64,000 nt of DNA from assembly GCF_009914755.1 (NCBI RefSeq), contig NC_060932.1; one strand, given 5' to 3'. This document shows positions 63,894 to 64,000 of the stretch, one piece after another (within the stretch, counting starts at the first letter, position 1; every line of letters begins with the position of its first letter). Both the position numbers and the translations under genes were made by a program. The DNA is from the human T2T-CHM13v2.0 reference genome, Homo sapiens. The notes beneath the pieces were generated by a model. It was given only the letters and a program-made list of their open reading frames with translations. It was not told the origin of the DNA and ran no database searches.

Positions 63894-63920
63894 GGGGCAG
63901 GGGCAGGGGCAGGGGCAGGG
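63894..63920 (+). repeat. (GGGGCA)n, potential G-quadruplex
   Basis: Four GGGG runs and one GGG run with 2-nt loops. Confidence 0.75.
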
Positions 63921-64000
63921 TCTGCCGTCTTCCTCTGGGACTCGCCCCATCTTGAGCCGAACAGATGAAACCGTTGACAGTGAAGCCTCGCCTGGGAGGA

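Overview
Non-coding, GC-rich primate (human-like) genomic DNA, judged from three Alus, many MIR and L2 relics, L1 fragments and MLT1 LTRs. I found no convincing protein-coding exon, RNA gene, CRISPR array or full CpG island. The long ORFs in the track come from simple repeats or from stop-codon depletion in GC-rich sequence. I cannot name the locus from sequence alone; it reads as a large intron or intergenic regulatory interval in a distal, high-GC band. Main structure: (1) a 323-bp, about 98% identical inverted repeat of non-TE-looking sequence (14729-15051 / 15999-16321) enclosing a 28-bp VNTR and an Alu, a candidate substrate for a recurrent ~1-kb inversion; (2) an older, about 80% identical inverted repeat (25249-25393 / 26555-26697) enclosing a palindrome-rich 50-bp VNTR, with an adjacent direct duplication; (3) several kb-scale strand-asymmetric simple repeats, some with higher-order structure and apparently seeded by L2/MIR tails; (4) about nine AT-rich islands dense in transcription-factor motifs that look like enhancers. 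I found no novel coding system. Repeat subfamily calls are by eye and their boundaries are approximate.
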